Shown here piece after piece: positions 13,836-26,891 of a DNA stretch of 64,000 bases. Source of the DNA: Macrostomum lignano. Lineage: Eukaryota. Made by a program: the position numbers and the translations under genes. Each line of letters opens with the position of its first letter. The stretch's first letter is position 1. The DNA lies in the NCBI GenBank assembly GCA_002269645.1, contig NIVC01000309.1:620001-684000 (forward strand). Direction: 5' to 3'. Under the pieces are notes generated by a model, which worked only from the letters and a program-made list of their open reading frames with translations, ran no database searches and was not told the origin of the DNA.

Positions 13836-15455
13836 TCAACACTGATTTATTATTGGCAGATGCTGCTTGCTGCCGGGCGTTGCGGCATGCTCTCAGTTTA
13901 TCTCCAATGACTTAGACCAAGGGACCAGAGACAAAGGTGAGAGAGCGGCGGCAGCGCCAACTGTTTAGATCAAGGAATCGACGCGTCCTGGTCTCATTGC
14001 GGCTTCACCGTGGTGGCGGGGGCGAGGGGGTGGTTGGCTGACCGGACCGCTCGCAGTTTAGGAGGTGCGGCACGGGGGCTTTGGCCAGTTTTAAGGGGTG
14101 GCCAGACTCCTGATAAGGGGGACTGGGGGGTAAGAGAGAGAGAGGGGGGAGATGAAGGGGATGGGGAGGATGGGGACAGGGAGAACTGAAGGAGCAGTTT
14201 TTCGCCTATCTGACTGAATCGACTGCATTGAGGGGGTCGGGGGCTGGCGTTGGGTGGAGGGTTGTTTGCGTGAGCTGGGCTGAGAGCTGCGGAGGGGGGG
14301 ACGGGGTCTGGTCCGCTGGGAATCTGAGCTCAGTCACGTTGAGTCGCCTACCCAAGATCCAACCTAACACACATACACACACACACACACACACCGGCCC
14401 CCTTTCAATCTTCATCTTTCTCTCTCCCACTCAGCCAAGCACTCCCGAGTCAAAACCATTGGCCGCGGACTATTTTAGAGTCCAATTGACTTTGCTGGCT
14501 GCTTTCTGGCGCTGCGGCCTCTCCAACTGCCGCCCGGAGCGGGAGTTTTTTTTTTAGAAAATTGTAATGGCCGGTCGTGCCGGGCGCTACAGCGTACAGA
14601 TAATACGTGTAAAGTCACTCTGCAAAGCGGTTTCTGAGGTTTGGGGGTTGGGGTTCAGTAAAGAGAAAGAGAGTTTTTCTGAGGTCCTGGTGGTTTGGCT
14701 TCAGCTTTTGTGGGGAGCCACCAGCCCCCGGATACGCGACGGCGAGGCAATTGGCCTGTGAGTGGTCCCAAGTCGGTGCTATTGTTTAACTGATGAGGCG
14801 CTGCAGACGACGTCCCCAAGCGACTGCGGATTTTGGCCGGGGGGAGGAGGAAATCCTAATGAAGTGACGGAGAGAGAGAGAGAGAGAGAGAGAGAGGGTG
14901 ATTAGTCTGAAAAAATTCCCAGATCCACAGGGGAGAATATGGTTGCAGGAGTTTGCTGGAGGCTTCAAGTCGTCACTTGCTTTAGATTCAGGGGGCCACT
15001 TAAGCTGTGCACACGGTAGAGCGAGGTTTTGAGCCTGAGCTGCTGCTGGAACTCCATAAAGTCCATTATTGGTCAGGTTTTTAACTCCTCAGAACAACCG
15101 TGCTGCAAGAATTTATAAAGCTTGTTGATGAGCTTCATGCAGTGAGTCACTCAGCTTTTTGCTTTACTGTGTACTGAGAAATTCTTTTAACAGTAAAGCA
15201 AAAGTGAAACAAAGTCGTGCTGGCTCTTTTAGCGCGAATTCTCTGTCTGTGTGGGTAAATTCAATGTGTTCCTAAAATTGGCTATGGCTATGGGTCCTTC
15301 AGGCACGTGCAACAGTTTCTGGAAAGACGAGCACGCCATTGGTGCGTGATATAAGCTTGCAAATTTTGAGGTTTTAAAGCACATTACGTACCAGATGAAG
15401 GGTTGTATCAAGTCTTTGTTACATCATGTGGGATCATGGTCGCGCAAGAGATGCT

Positions 15456-15800
15456 TGATTCAAGGTCATCCTCTATCATGTATACGACACGCAAGGGGTG
15501 TATGCGTGATTTAAGGTCATCCTCTATCATGTATATGGCACGCAAGGGGTGCGTGCGTGATTCAAGGTCATCCTCTATTATGTATACGGTATGCAAGGGG
15601 TGTATGCGTGATTCAAGGTCATCCTCTATCATGTATATACGGCACGCAAGGGGTGCATGCGTGATTTAAGGTCATCCTCTATCATGTATACGGCACGCAA
15701 GGGATGCATGCGTGATTCAATGTCATCCTCTATCATGTATATACGGCACGCAAGGGGTGCATGCGTGATTCAATGTCATCCTCTATCATGTATACGGCAC
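15456..15800. repeat. ~51-53-bp minisatellite (TGATTCAAGGTCATCCTCTATCATGTATACGGCACGCAAGGGGTGCATGCG), ~6.5 copies
   Basis: Read directly. Confidence 0.9.
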
Positions 15801-16865
15801 GTGGGGGGTCACTAATTTCTACCTCGTAAATGAATTACGTGTACTTTCAATTAGAAGATCGCACTTCAAATTCTCTATCTAAACGACAGTCGATTTTCAC
15901 TGACAGTGTAACGTAATGGTACTCGTAAAACCGAATAATTCGTTCTAATTAATTGTATTATTATAATAATTAGTAATTATTTACTACAATAAAGAAATAA
16001 TAGCAAGAAGATTGACGCAGACAGGACAGACGGCCGGGATATTTGAACTCGCATAAAGCCGACTCAGCGTCGAATTCAACGCTAAAGCCACTTTGGAGTT
16101 AATTCAATTTGTCCTCCACCCCTCATGGATTTATATATTGGCGAATATCTTTCAGAACTTCGCATCTACGTCCCTAAGGATAGTTTATTCTATATAAGCT
16201 TCATCTCTTCTCTTCAATCTCCTGCAGCCTCTCTCTGTCCGTCTCTCCGCTGTCCCTCCTACCGTTTCACTCGATGCTTCTTTGCCCCGACGCTCAAGAG
16301 AAGATCTGGTTGCCGAGCGTTCGAGATGCACTCAACAAAATTGTGGCCCGATCAAGACGAGGGCGGGGGCGGGCAGCCCTCAGGAGCCACGCAATGCAGG
16401 CTTTGAGCCTCCCTGCGACAGTCGAACTTGAAGGATATCTTCCCCCCTTTTGCGTCAGGCCTCCTTGCCTTTCTTCTCTCTATCCCCTGGACAAGCCGCT
16501 CTCGAACTGATCCTGTGTACCAATACTTCCGAGAGGTCCGCCTGAGGCGGGTCGCTTCACTCAATAGCAGTCAGCAGGGGGCTAAAAGCTCTGCGAGTTC
16601 CGCAGCATAAATCTAGCTAGTCGTCCAGTTCAGTTAGACAGACTCAAGGACCTCTGCGATATATTGCCATGGATGGAAGGAACTCGGCTTTTGTGATTAA
16701 ATAATGTACAGACGGCAATGTTTTTACTGATCAGATAAAATTCCAAGCATTCACGAGTTACTTTGAGAAGGGTCTTGAATTTTTAACGCATTTCAGACAC
16801 AGATTTGTTTTACTAACGAAGTATAAACAAACAAACAAATAAAGATATCCAAATACCAGGAGAAA

Positions 16866-16896
16866 CAGACAGACAGACACTAAGACAGACAGACAG

Positions 16897-16987
<91 letters not shown>

Positions 16988-17014
16988 CTAAGACAGACAG
17001 ACAGACAGACGGGC

Positions 17015-17079
<65 letters not shown>

Positions 17080-17120
17080 CACAGACAGACAGACACACAG
17101 ACAGACAGACATACAGACAC

Positions 17121-17151
<31 letters not shown>

Positions 17152-17152
17152 C

Positions 17153-17183
<31 letters not shown>

Positions 17184-17204
17184 CACAGACAGACAGACAG
17201 ACAC

Positions 17205-17259
<55 letters not shown>

Positions 17260-17260
17260 C

Positions 17261-17346
<86 letters not shown>
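16866..17346. repeat. (GACA)n microsatellite
   Basis: Read directly. Confidence 0.95.
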
Positions 17347-17350
<4 letters not shown>

Positions 17351-18173
17351 GCCGATTCTAGCAAGTTTGTCAGCGACAGGGACGACTCAGTTAGATTCGG
17401 GACAGCTAAGTACCGTAATTAGTTGCACCTGGTAGGGCATTGGACAGAACGACTTATTCTCAAGGAAAGAAACCCTTCGGCTGGAAAACATGATGTTCTA
17501 GCGAGCTCAAACTTCAAAAGATGTTTTTAATCATTTTTTAAAGAAATAAATCATTACCCAAGACACGTACACTGCAATTTGCCAACTGCACACCTTTTTA
17601 TCTTTAAATAAAAACTTACAATATATTTAACAAATAAAAATGCGGCTGTTTTACCAACGACTATAATAACGTACAGTTGCACCGTTGCATACAAAAACTT
17701 CATAAATGCGAGTATTACAGGGTACCCATTGCGTCGCATCCGCTGTACATTATCGTGCGTACGCTCGTATATTGATACAAATATTTCAGGGTATTACAAA
17801 TAATAAAAATTGTTATGTTATATGCTATTTTTATGGATATTTTACAAGTAAAAATTAAGAATAAATGAGCAGACCTAAATAAAAAAAGGTTTGCCCTCCG
17901 TTCTCAACCTGTCTGGGCTGGTGGCTAATCTCAGAAAAAAATTAACTGCGACAGACTGCTCAGTTTTGTTAACAATGCGTGTTTTTCTGCTTAGCGAATT
18001 TAAATTGGCGCCAAAATAGTTTGAAAAAAGTTTTACACTGTCGGGTTTAAAGTTTACGTTTAGGGACCACTCTCGGCTCTGACTATCTCTATTGAAGTCC
18101 ATTTGGGCTGGACTTTGGCACCAATTTAAATTTGCAGCTTGTTAAATAAATAAAAAACTAAACCAACTTCCGC

Positions 18174-19276
18174 TCACTCCATTTTGATCTCCAACGGTTC
18201 AACGTTGCCTTCTCCATCGGACTTCAGCGAAGCGAACGACACACGAGACTTCCTCAGCTGCTCAGATCGTTGAGTCGCATTCTTGAATGCCTGCTCGCCA
18301 GCCTGCTCAACTCGAGCTCGGACCAACTCAATCATCTTCTCCGTGGCGATGCTCATGTAGATGTTGTCGTTGTCTTCCAGCTTTAGACTGAGCGGAGAAG
18401 CGTCACCTGTCACCTCCATCCAGGGACAGATGCCTTGGGGCGGCGAGGTAGCGGGCGGGTTCTCATGACCCACTATCCGAAATTCATGACCCAACCATCC
18501 TCAATTCATGACCCAGCATCCACAATTCATGACCCACCATCCACAATTCATGACCCACCATCCACAATTCATGACCCACCATCCACAATTCATGACCCAC
18601 CATCCAGAATTCATGACCCACCATCCACAATTCATGACCCACCATCCTCAATTCATGACCCACCATCCACAATTCATGACCCACCATCCACAATTCATGA
18701 CCCACCATCCACAATTCATGACCCACCATCAAGAATTCATGACCCACCATCCCCAATTCTTGACCCTAAAAGACTCCATAGCAACCTACATGTCTCCACA
18801 ACCTTACTGATCCCCTTAGCAACCAAACAGGTGTCTTAGCAACCGTGCAGCTCTACTTAGCAACCAAAATCGTTCCTACCTGGCCCGTAATTGCCGAAAG
18901 CGTCGCCGAAAGCTTCAACACCGTAGAAGCCGTCAAGGCAGTACTTGAGCCCCACACTGTTGCGCAGCCCCAGTCTGGCCGCGATGCTGCTGAATACTAG
19001 AGAAATTTTTATCGTGGCCTTAATTTTAAGCCGCAGAGTTCGAGTCCAACGATCCAGAATGATTGGCGCATACAGAGCGTTGCGTTTGACGCCGCACAGG
19101 TTCACAATCTGGCCGACGTGCATCTCGGAGTCGTGCCGCATCACGCGGAAGTTCAGCGTCACGTATTTGTGCCGATCGGGGCGGAGGCACATGCGGCACT
19201 GAGAGCGCAGCTCCACGTGCACCGGGTGACCGATGGGCCAGGACGTCTGCGGGCGGACCATCGGACTGACAGGCTG

Positions 19277-19325
<49 letters not shown>

Positions 19326-19328
19326 CTA

Positions 19329-19375
<47 letters not shown>

Positions 19376-19410
19376 AAGACACACAGACAGACAGACAGAC
19401 AGACAGACAC

Positions 19411-19467
<57 letters not shown>

Positions 19468-19516
19468 TAGACAGACAGACAGACACTAAGACAGACAGAC
19501 AGACAGACAGACACTA

Positions 19517-19563
<47 letters not shown>

Positions 19564-19612
19564 TAGACAGACAGACAGACACTAAGACAGACAGACAGAC
19601 AGACAGACACTA

Positions 19613-19663
<51 letters not shown>

Positions 19664-19690
19664 TAGACAGACAGACAGACACTAAAACAG

Positions 19691-19737
<47 letters not shown>

Positions 19738-20640
19738 GGCAGGCTGTGGCTGCCGCTAGGATAGTCGGTAATGCAGACGAAAAGAATTGGTTTTTCATTA
19801 TTAATTATCGCTGTTTGTTTAATTTCGTTCTCAACGGTTGGATTGCTCAACTGTTTTAAGAATTTAATTTTGGCGCCACCGCGCGGTCTCGAGTCCCGAG
19901 CTGGCAGGGGGGGGGGCAGCCGCAGGCAGAAGAAGATTAAATGAATGATTTATTGCTATTCCGGTGGCAAAGCTTCGTGCGGCGAATCTGTTTTTTGGCG
20001 CCAATTTGAACTGCCTGGCTGGGATAAGCGAAAGTCTGAGGGAATTTTTTCCCTTGGCGACGAGCAGATGAAAAAACCAACCGTCTAAAATCCCCCCCAT
20101 ATGATCGTCCAAGGAAGAGAGAGGGGCACAAAATTTCAAAGAAATTCCAGCCTTTGATGCTTAAATACACGGCAGTTCGGGAGCGGGGTAGCGGATTAAT
20201 TAGAGCTCGAACTGCTGCTCGGAGTAGCGCAAAAATCCGCAAACCACACTGGGGAGAAATGAGACTGCGGGGGTTATTGCGAGGCAGGTTAAGCGGATTT
20301 AAAGGAACTGAAGCGAATGGCGCTGGGGAGAGGCACAAGCAGATCAGCTAACATAAGGTGTCATTAAGCCATGGGGCACCGCGATGAAAGAGGCGGATGA
20401 GAAGCCAGAGTTTTTCCTTGCAACTTCATAGGCTGTCAGTGAAATTCTGCTATGCAAACCATTTCAAACAAATCAAGCAGTCAATAAATGAATTCATTTG
20501 TTTGCATTTTAGAGCCGTGTTTCTATTTCTGCCAATCTATCCGCCTATCTATCTGCCTATCTATCTGCCTATCTATCTGCCTATTTATCTGCCTATCTAT
20601 CTGCCTATCTATCTGCCTAACTATCTGCCTATCTATCTGC

Positions 20641-20690
<50 letters not shown>

Positions 20691-21048
20691 ATCTATCTAC
20701 CAAAAACCAGTTGTCTCTCACCTCCGGCATTTCAGGGCAGACGTATTTATTGTGCTTTTCCTGCGAGCTGTTGTTGTGCCCAGCTACCAGCGGCTTTGCC
20801 TGACCCTGAGCCAGGTTTTGGTCACTGATGTCGATGTTATTGCTTGAGACTCCAGCCTCGTTTGCGGCGTTTTCTCGGCTGTCGATCAGGAGTTCAGAGT
20901 CGGTTCGATTGATTCCGATGTCGCCAACGCCGATTGAGAACGGCCTGCCGCAGTTGAGCTCGCCAAGCAGCTGCTGGCGCAGAAGGGACTGCGGAGTTGC
21001 TGACGCCGCAGTGGTCAGCGGACTGCTGATTCCGGATAGCGCCGTCAT
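18174..21048 (-). CDS. 326-aa protein with a divergent SUMO-like (Rad60-SLD-type ubiquitin-fold) domain
   Basis: Exons 21048-20722 (phase 0), 19273-18880 (phase 1), 18433-18174 (stop) are all GT-AG and phase-compatible. [36 protein letters not shown]...[22 protein letters not shown] aligns by eye to SUMO [57 protein letters not shown]. Confidence 0.75.
18474..18750. repeat. 21-bp intronic minisatellite CATGACCCACCATCCACAATT
   Basis: Read directly. Confidence 0.9.
19277..19740. repeat. (GACA)n intronic microsatellite abutting the exon-2 acceptor
   Basis: Read directly; forms the pyrimidine tract (CTGT)nCTCAG on the sense strand. Confidence 0.95.
20533..20700. repeat. (CTATCTATCTGC)n/(CTAT)n microsatellite
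   Basis: Read directly. Confidence 0.9.
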
Positions 21049-21327
21049 GTCGATCGATGGAAAATCAGCAAACTATCGACCTTCCAATTAATAGCGAACT
21101 TCACTTCAGAGAAACGTTGACTGGCTCGGTTGAAGACCATGCAAGTCAATTTCAAATAAATCATTTTTAAATTGCTAAAAGTGCTATCGATTTTGGCCAT
21201 AGACTACTCGCTAACTTGTAGGTAATTTATCGTGCTGGAAAGTACTTTCGTTTCAAACGATGTAACTATATTAAGTTTGAATAAATATACATTAGGTGCC
21301 TGACCGAAAATTGATTAATTTCAACTG

Positions 21328-21478
21328 AATGATTGATTGATTGAATGATTGATCAATTGAATGATTGATTGATTGATTGATTGACTGACTGACTGACTGA
21401 TTGACTGACTGACTGACTGATTGATTGACTGACTGACTGACTGATTGATTGATTGATTGATTATTGATTGATTGAGTA
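21328..21478. repeat. (GATT/GACT)n microsatellite
   Basis: Read directly. Confidence 0.85.
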
Positions 21479-22841
21479 AATTTTAACTCAGTGCTCCACG
21501 CATTATACGAGTATAGCTATCCCGGTTGAGCTACAAGTTCACAGAAAGGAATTAGAGGCATTTGAAGAGACTCATTCACAGTCGACGTGTGAATTTAAGA
21601 GGAGTCACGCGCCTTCACTCCAAATTGTTTCAGGGAAAATTCGCATTTCGCTGGTACATGTGAGCGATAATTATTCTTACAAAATTGACACAGAGTCGTC
21701 TGAGGCTAATGGCGATTTGCATCATTCGATATCTTCCATCGGCTTTACGTCATCAAAGCCGAGATCATACAAAATTACATATTTAGCGTCGTACAGAAGC
21801 GTCCTACAGAAACTGCAGGCTTTTAATCGCTTTCAAAAAACGATTAACAGACAATCAAGCTACTGGATTAGTTTCAGCGATATTCGCGCAGATTCGGGAT
21901 TATCAACAGCTGGGTTTCATCCGAAGAGAGATAATCACAGGAAGTTATATACGTACTATACACTTTGATGTGAGGCCCGAAAATTTTCTGCTTTATAATG
22001 CGTGTAGCTATAAGAGCAGCTGGTGAATATATTTATGCTCGTAAAAATGGGATTTTCCCTATTTTTCTATTCGTTTAAAATGACCGAAATTTTACTATGG
22101 CCACATGCCTGCCATCATCCGAAAGCATGGTGATCAATATAATACAGTATATACAGATCGAGAATGTTTGAGCTGTACATGTAGTTAGCCATGGGCCAAG
22201 TTTACAAGTTTACATTTAATTCGACTTACGTTTTAACTAATTAGTTTGAATTTCAGTTTGCTTTACTTTCTTTGTTTAATTACTTCTTCAATTTTAATTG
22301 TTCCCTCATTTAATTTTCACGAATTTTTTATCTTGCTCGACAACTAACGGGAAATTTTTAGCAATTTGTATAACGCTAAGTACAAATATACGAGCGTATA
22401 TGCTAAACTTACAATAAAACAACAATGAAGCAGTAAAATTTGAGCAACAATTAAGCCATTTTAATTTTCCGCATTCGACTTCGAGTCCTTAATATCTTTA
22501 AATATGTCTACTCATAATAGTATATATAGCGCAAAAATCTGTCGGTCCTAAAACCGTCCGAAATTTCGATTTGTCAGCGTCTGCATGACCATATTCGGAC
22601 GTACATAAGGAGTACTTGTGGACGAGGATAATTTGACGTCCGTCAGACGCAACTTTTTACACCGGGAAGTAAAGTACATCTACATGTGTACATTGGTTTA
22701 TCTCCAGCTAGCCTTAGTTGTGTGGCTTTGGCCATAGACAATTGTACGCGTAACTGTTAACTGTATGCAAATATACTGAAGACGGCCACCGTGACTAAGC
22801 GGATTATTAAGCTAAGCCGATTTTCTATTAGAGATACAACA

Positions 22842-22860
22842 TGGCGTCGCAAGCAGGATT
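22842..22860 (+). promoter_or_regulatory. Primer-binding site, probably complementary to a tRNA-Ser 3' end
   Basis: TGG-starting 19-mer directly after an LTR-like ...TACAACA end and 18 nt before the gag ATG. Reverse complement AATCCTGCTTGCGACGCCA resembles tRNA-Ser T-arm/acceptor ends. Confidence 0.65.
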
Positions 22861-22877
22861 AAACCACTGAGAAAATC

Positions 22878-23720
22878 ATGGCCAGCAAGATCGACATTAA
22901 ATCCGCACCGAAGTTCGACATCGAATCCCAGAAGCACCTATTTGCCCTATGGCAATCGATGTGGGAAGGATTCGAAGTGCTGTCTGGACTGACTGCAGTG
23001 GCAAACGAAGCCGAGAAGAAGAAACTGCGACTCTACACTCTACGGAACTGCCTCAGTCAGGAAACACTGAAGCTGGTGGAGAACCTGCCAAGCTTAAAGG
23101 ACGAAGACAAGTCTGACGCGGATAAGATTTTGGAAGCTCTGAAGGCTTTCATAGTCGGTGAGATCAACGAACCTTATGAGAGAAGATAATTCTGGCTAAG
23201 AAGCCAACGCCCAGATGAGTGTTTCTCAGACTGGTTCGTCTGCCTGAAAGAATTGGCCACCAAGTGCAACTTGGGCAGATGTTGCGACAACTGCGCGAAA
23301 TTCATGCTTCGAGACAGGATCGTCACTGGCACGCGCGACACCAGCGTCGTCGAGAAGCTTCTTTAAGAAGGAAACGGGCAGACCCTGGAGACAGCCAAGC
23401 GCATCTGCGAATCTGCCAAGCACAAGAGTGTCGTCATCACGGAAGAGCACTCCGCGATGAATGCCCTGAGAGGCAAATCGGCGTTCAGGGACGAGGTCCG
23501 CGACGAGAGCAGCGCAGCAAATCAACTCAACGAGTGACACAATGCTCATTTTGCGGGAAGCAGCACGCTCCCACCAGACAGAATTGCCCAGCGTTCGGCA
23601 AAGAGTGTAAGAAGTGCGGGAGGAAGAATCACTTCGCGCAAATTTGCAAGTCAACGACAGAAAGGACGAGCAAGCCGAAGAACTTCTCACAAGCACAAGG
23701 CAACACAATCGCCTTAGTGA
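22878..23720 (+). pseudogene. gag: Gypsy gag (disrupted)
   Basis: MASKIDIKSAPKF...; in-frame TAA at 23187 and further disablements; zinc knuckles at ~23545-23650. Confidence 0.8.
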
Positions 23721-23779
23721 TCTCAACGGTTAACGATGCGCTTGAGAAGATTGAAGTGACAGTGATAACAGGAGTCGGA

Positions 23780-25830
23780 TGCCGATGCGACCGGACACTG
23801 GGTCCAGTATAGACGCGATCCCAGCAGCCGAGTTGCCAAAGCTGAAGATCAAAGCAAAAGAGCTGGCAATGTCTATGGTAGTACCCACATGAGTCGATGG
23901 AAGACCAATTGAGAACTTGGGAACTACAAAAGTACTTCTGAAACTGGGCGACAAAGTGCTAGAGAAGGAGATTCTTCTACTGAAGAATATCTCTGAAGCA
24001 ATTCTATCCCGACAGACCTGCAAGCAGTTCGCGCTGATCCCACAAGAATTCCCTCACTATATGCACATGCACCAGATAACCGGAGGCAGCACACCAAGTC
24101 ACACCGATGCCGAGCAACTAATGTCCGAATACCCAGAGCTGTTCAAAGGTCAAGAGATGCACATGCCCTGAGAGGAATTCAAAATTAAACTAAAGACAAT
24201 GACGAACCATTTGCCATCTCATGTCCAAGAAAGATCGCTGAACCCCTGAAGGACAAGCTGAAGGCCGAGTTGAACGAACTGGAGGAACAGGACATTATTG
24301 AACGCATCACCGAGCCGACAGAGTGGTGCGCCCCAATTACAGTTCAAAATAAGAAGGAATACGGAAAGATCCGACTCATGCGTCGATTTGAGGAACCTCA
24401 ACAAATACGTGGTGCGTGAACGCTACATGAGCAGTACACCACTTGAAATCGTCGAGATTACCACCAGGAGCAAGATTATTTACGAAGGTTGACGCTCTCA
24501 AAGGCTACCATCAAATCCCACTCGCAAAAGAATCACAGAACCTGACTACATTCATAACACCCTTCGGAAAATATAGGTACAAGCGCGCCCCATTCGGAAT
24601 CAGCTCGATCTGCGAACACTACAACAGAAGAATCGATGAAGCTCTCGAAGGTATGGAAAACGCCTACCATGTAGTGGACGACATTTTAATTGCTCACTCG
24701 GACAAAGGGAAGCACATGGAAGCTGTCAGACAGTTCTTAGACAGATGCAAGAAGTTCAGAATTGCACTGAACCCCAATAAGTTTATCGTTGCGCAGCCTA
24801 CAATCACATTCGCTGGATTCCGGCTCGATCACGATGGCTACTCTATCGATCCTGAGATATCAAATGCGATCCGAGAGTTCCCGACGCCAAGAAACTTAAC
24901 AGACCTGCGATCCTGGTTTGGATTGATCAACCAGATCGGATCCTTCAGCAAAGCAGTTGCTGAGCAGTCACAACCGTTGCGCGACCTACTCAAGAGCAAG
25001 AATAAATTTGTCTGGGAAGAAGAGCATCACAGAGCATTCATTGCCATGAGGAAAGAATTAGCTACTGTTCCAACACTGGCGTATTATGATTCAAGCAGGC
25101 CTACGGCGCTACACACAGATGCGTCAAGACTCAAAGGTCTTGGTTTCCTGCTAAAACAGAGGCAGCGCGATGGCGCATGGAAGCCTGTACAAGCTGGATC
25201 AAGATTTCTCTCTGCTGCAGAAAGCAGGTACGCGATGATCGAATTGGAATTATTAGCTGTTGCCTGGGCCGCTAAGAAGTGCCACCTCTTCCTGGAAGGA
25301 CTGCATCACTTTGAAATAGTGATCGACCACAAGCCATTGGAGCCCATTTTAAACGATTACACCCTGGACCAAGTCGACAACCCGAGAATTCAGCGGCTGC
25401 GGCAAAAGCTCGACCGATTCTGCTTCACAGCTCGGTGGATCAAGGGCAAGCTAAATGAATACGCCGACGCACTGTCCAGAGCGCCGGTGGAGGAGCCTAA
25501 AGCGAGCGATCAGATCCTGGAATTCGACAACAGGGAGCAGGCTATCAGCTCAGTGCACGCTCTGTCGCAGTCGGAGAAAGAAATCTCCGAAGCAGCAAAC
25601 CGTGATTCAGAATATCGGCTTCTTAAAAAGATAATCATAGATGGTTTTCCAAACTGCAAGGCGAACCTCCAAGAGAACATCCGTGCGTACTAGCACCTAT
25701 GGCAACAACTCTGCGTCGAAGACGACCTCATCCTGGGTACTGATCCCGGCTACTGATCCCTAGGAAGCTAAGGAGAAGCGTCCTTGAAAATCTACTGAAG
25801 ATGCATCAGGGATGCGTGTCTGAGTTCAGC
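23780..25830 (+). pseudogene. pol: Gypsy pol (protease-RT-RNase H, start of integrase; disrupted)
   Basis: ORF 24443-25693 carries the RT C-half and RNase H; frameshifts upstream; TAG at 25691. Confidence 0.88.
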
Positions 25831-26487
25831 ATTGGCGCGCTTATATATGTGCTCAGGAATCGTCTCAATCCTGGTTATGGCCTATGGGACGATGTCGCCA
25901 AAGGCCTTGCGCCGGGAGCCCACAGACTTTAATCTTAACAACTCAACCCGAACGATTAACCCCAACCTAAATAAATTGTCGGTACTCCAATTGGGTCAGT
26001 CAAATGTCGGGAATTGCACTGATTTACGAAGCTTAGAGGGGAAGCGAAATCTCGTGCCTCTGATAACTGAAGTTTTACCAATATCTTAACAGCTACAGAA
26101 CTCAAAATCTATTTAATACTATAAAAAATCAAAGAATATGAATGAACGATTTTTTGAGCAAAGCATACGCACAGATTCAGTATGCTACTAAATATGCTAC
26201 TAAAAAAAGACAAATGCATTTTTTGTAACAAAAAAGCAGTTCTGCAGTTTGTACAAAGGAAATGATAACATAATTAGCTCCAGTTGAAAAAAGGCAGTAA
26301 AAAGATGACAAACTAAAAAACTACCACGTAGCAAATATTGCATGGGAGATTAACGTGTTGTCACGATAAAACAAATGTGATTAAAAGCTTAATTAAACTA
26401 TTAAAAAGTAAATAAAATAAGACTTCTTTCAGCCCCCTTGAGTACAGCTTTAGCGTCCCTAGGGTTGCTGCCGATGGTGCTGATGCT

Positions 26488-26713
26488 CAGGGGCGTCGCC
26501 ACGGGGGTAAACAGGGCGGCATCCCCCCACCGCACCTTGTGATCCGTTATGGAAATCAATAATTTTGCTTCGTGGCGCCACAATATAGCGCCTTCGGCGC
26601 CCGAATGGAGGCCTGCGGCGCTAAAAAGTTGCTAGAAACACTGATTCCCAAATCAATGTAGGAATTTAAGTCATGCAGAAATTTTCGCCCAAAAATCCAT
26701 GGCGACGCCCCCG
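26488..26713. mobile_element. MITE with hAT-like CAGGGG termini
   Basis: CAGGGGCGTCGCCACGG ... CCATGGCGACGCCCCCG (15/17 inverted match); no clear TSD. Confidence 0.55.
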
Positions 26714-26891
26714 CAGTGGTGCTCCTGACCCGGGCAACCCTTCAAATGAAACGGCAAATCAAATAAACAAAGCGCACCCCTCCAGTGAAAGATCTGGATG
26801 GCATGCCGAGTGGTTCCTTCAAACAATACGCGTATTTTGATACAGAATCACTAGAATTATCATGAAGTAGGAAATTATTTGAGCACAATCT

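Larger units (their letters stand above)
22842..25830 (+). mobile_element. Decayed Ty3/Gypsy LTR retrotransposon (Mag-like), 3'-truncated in the integrase
   Basis: PBS-like TGGCGTCGCAAGCAGGATT; gag with two CCHC-type knuckles (CSFCGKQHAPTRQNC, CKKCGRKNHFAQIC); protease RPDTGS; RT (KVDALKGYHQIPL, VVDDILI); RNase H (LHTDAS, YAMIELELLAV, IDHKPL). Multiple stops and frameshifts; no integrase core or 3' LTR seen. Confidence 0.92.

Noticed and set aside
16025-16100. tRNA/SINE-like A/B-box remnant on the minus strand (GAGTTCAAATATCCC)
   Set aside because: No cloverleaf and only a weak box match.
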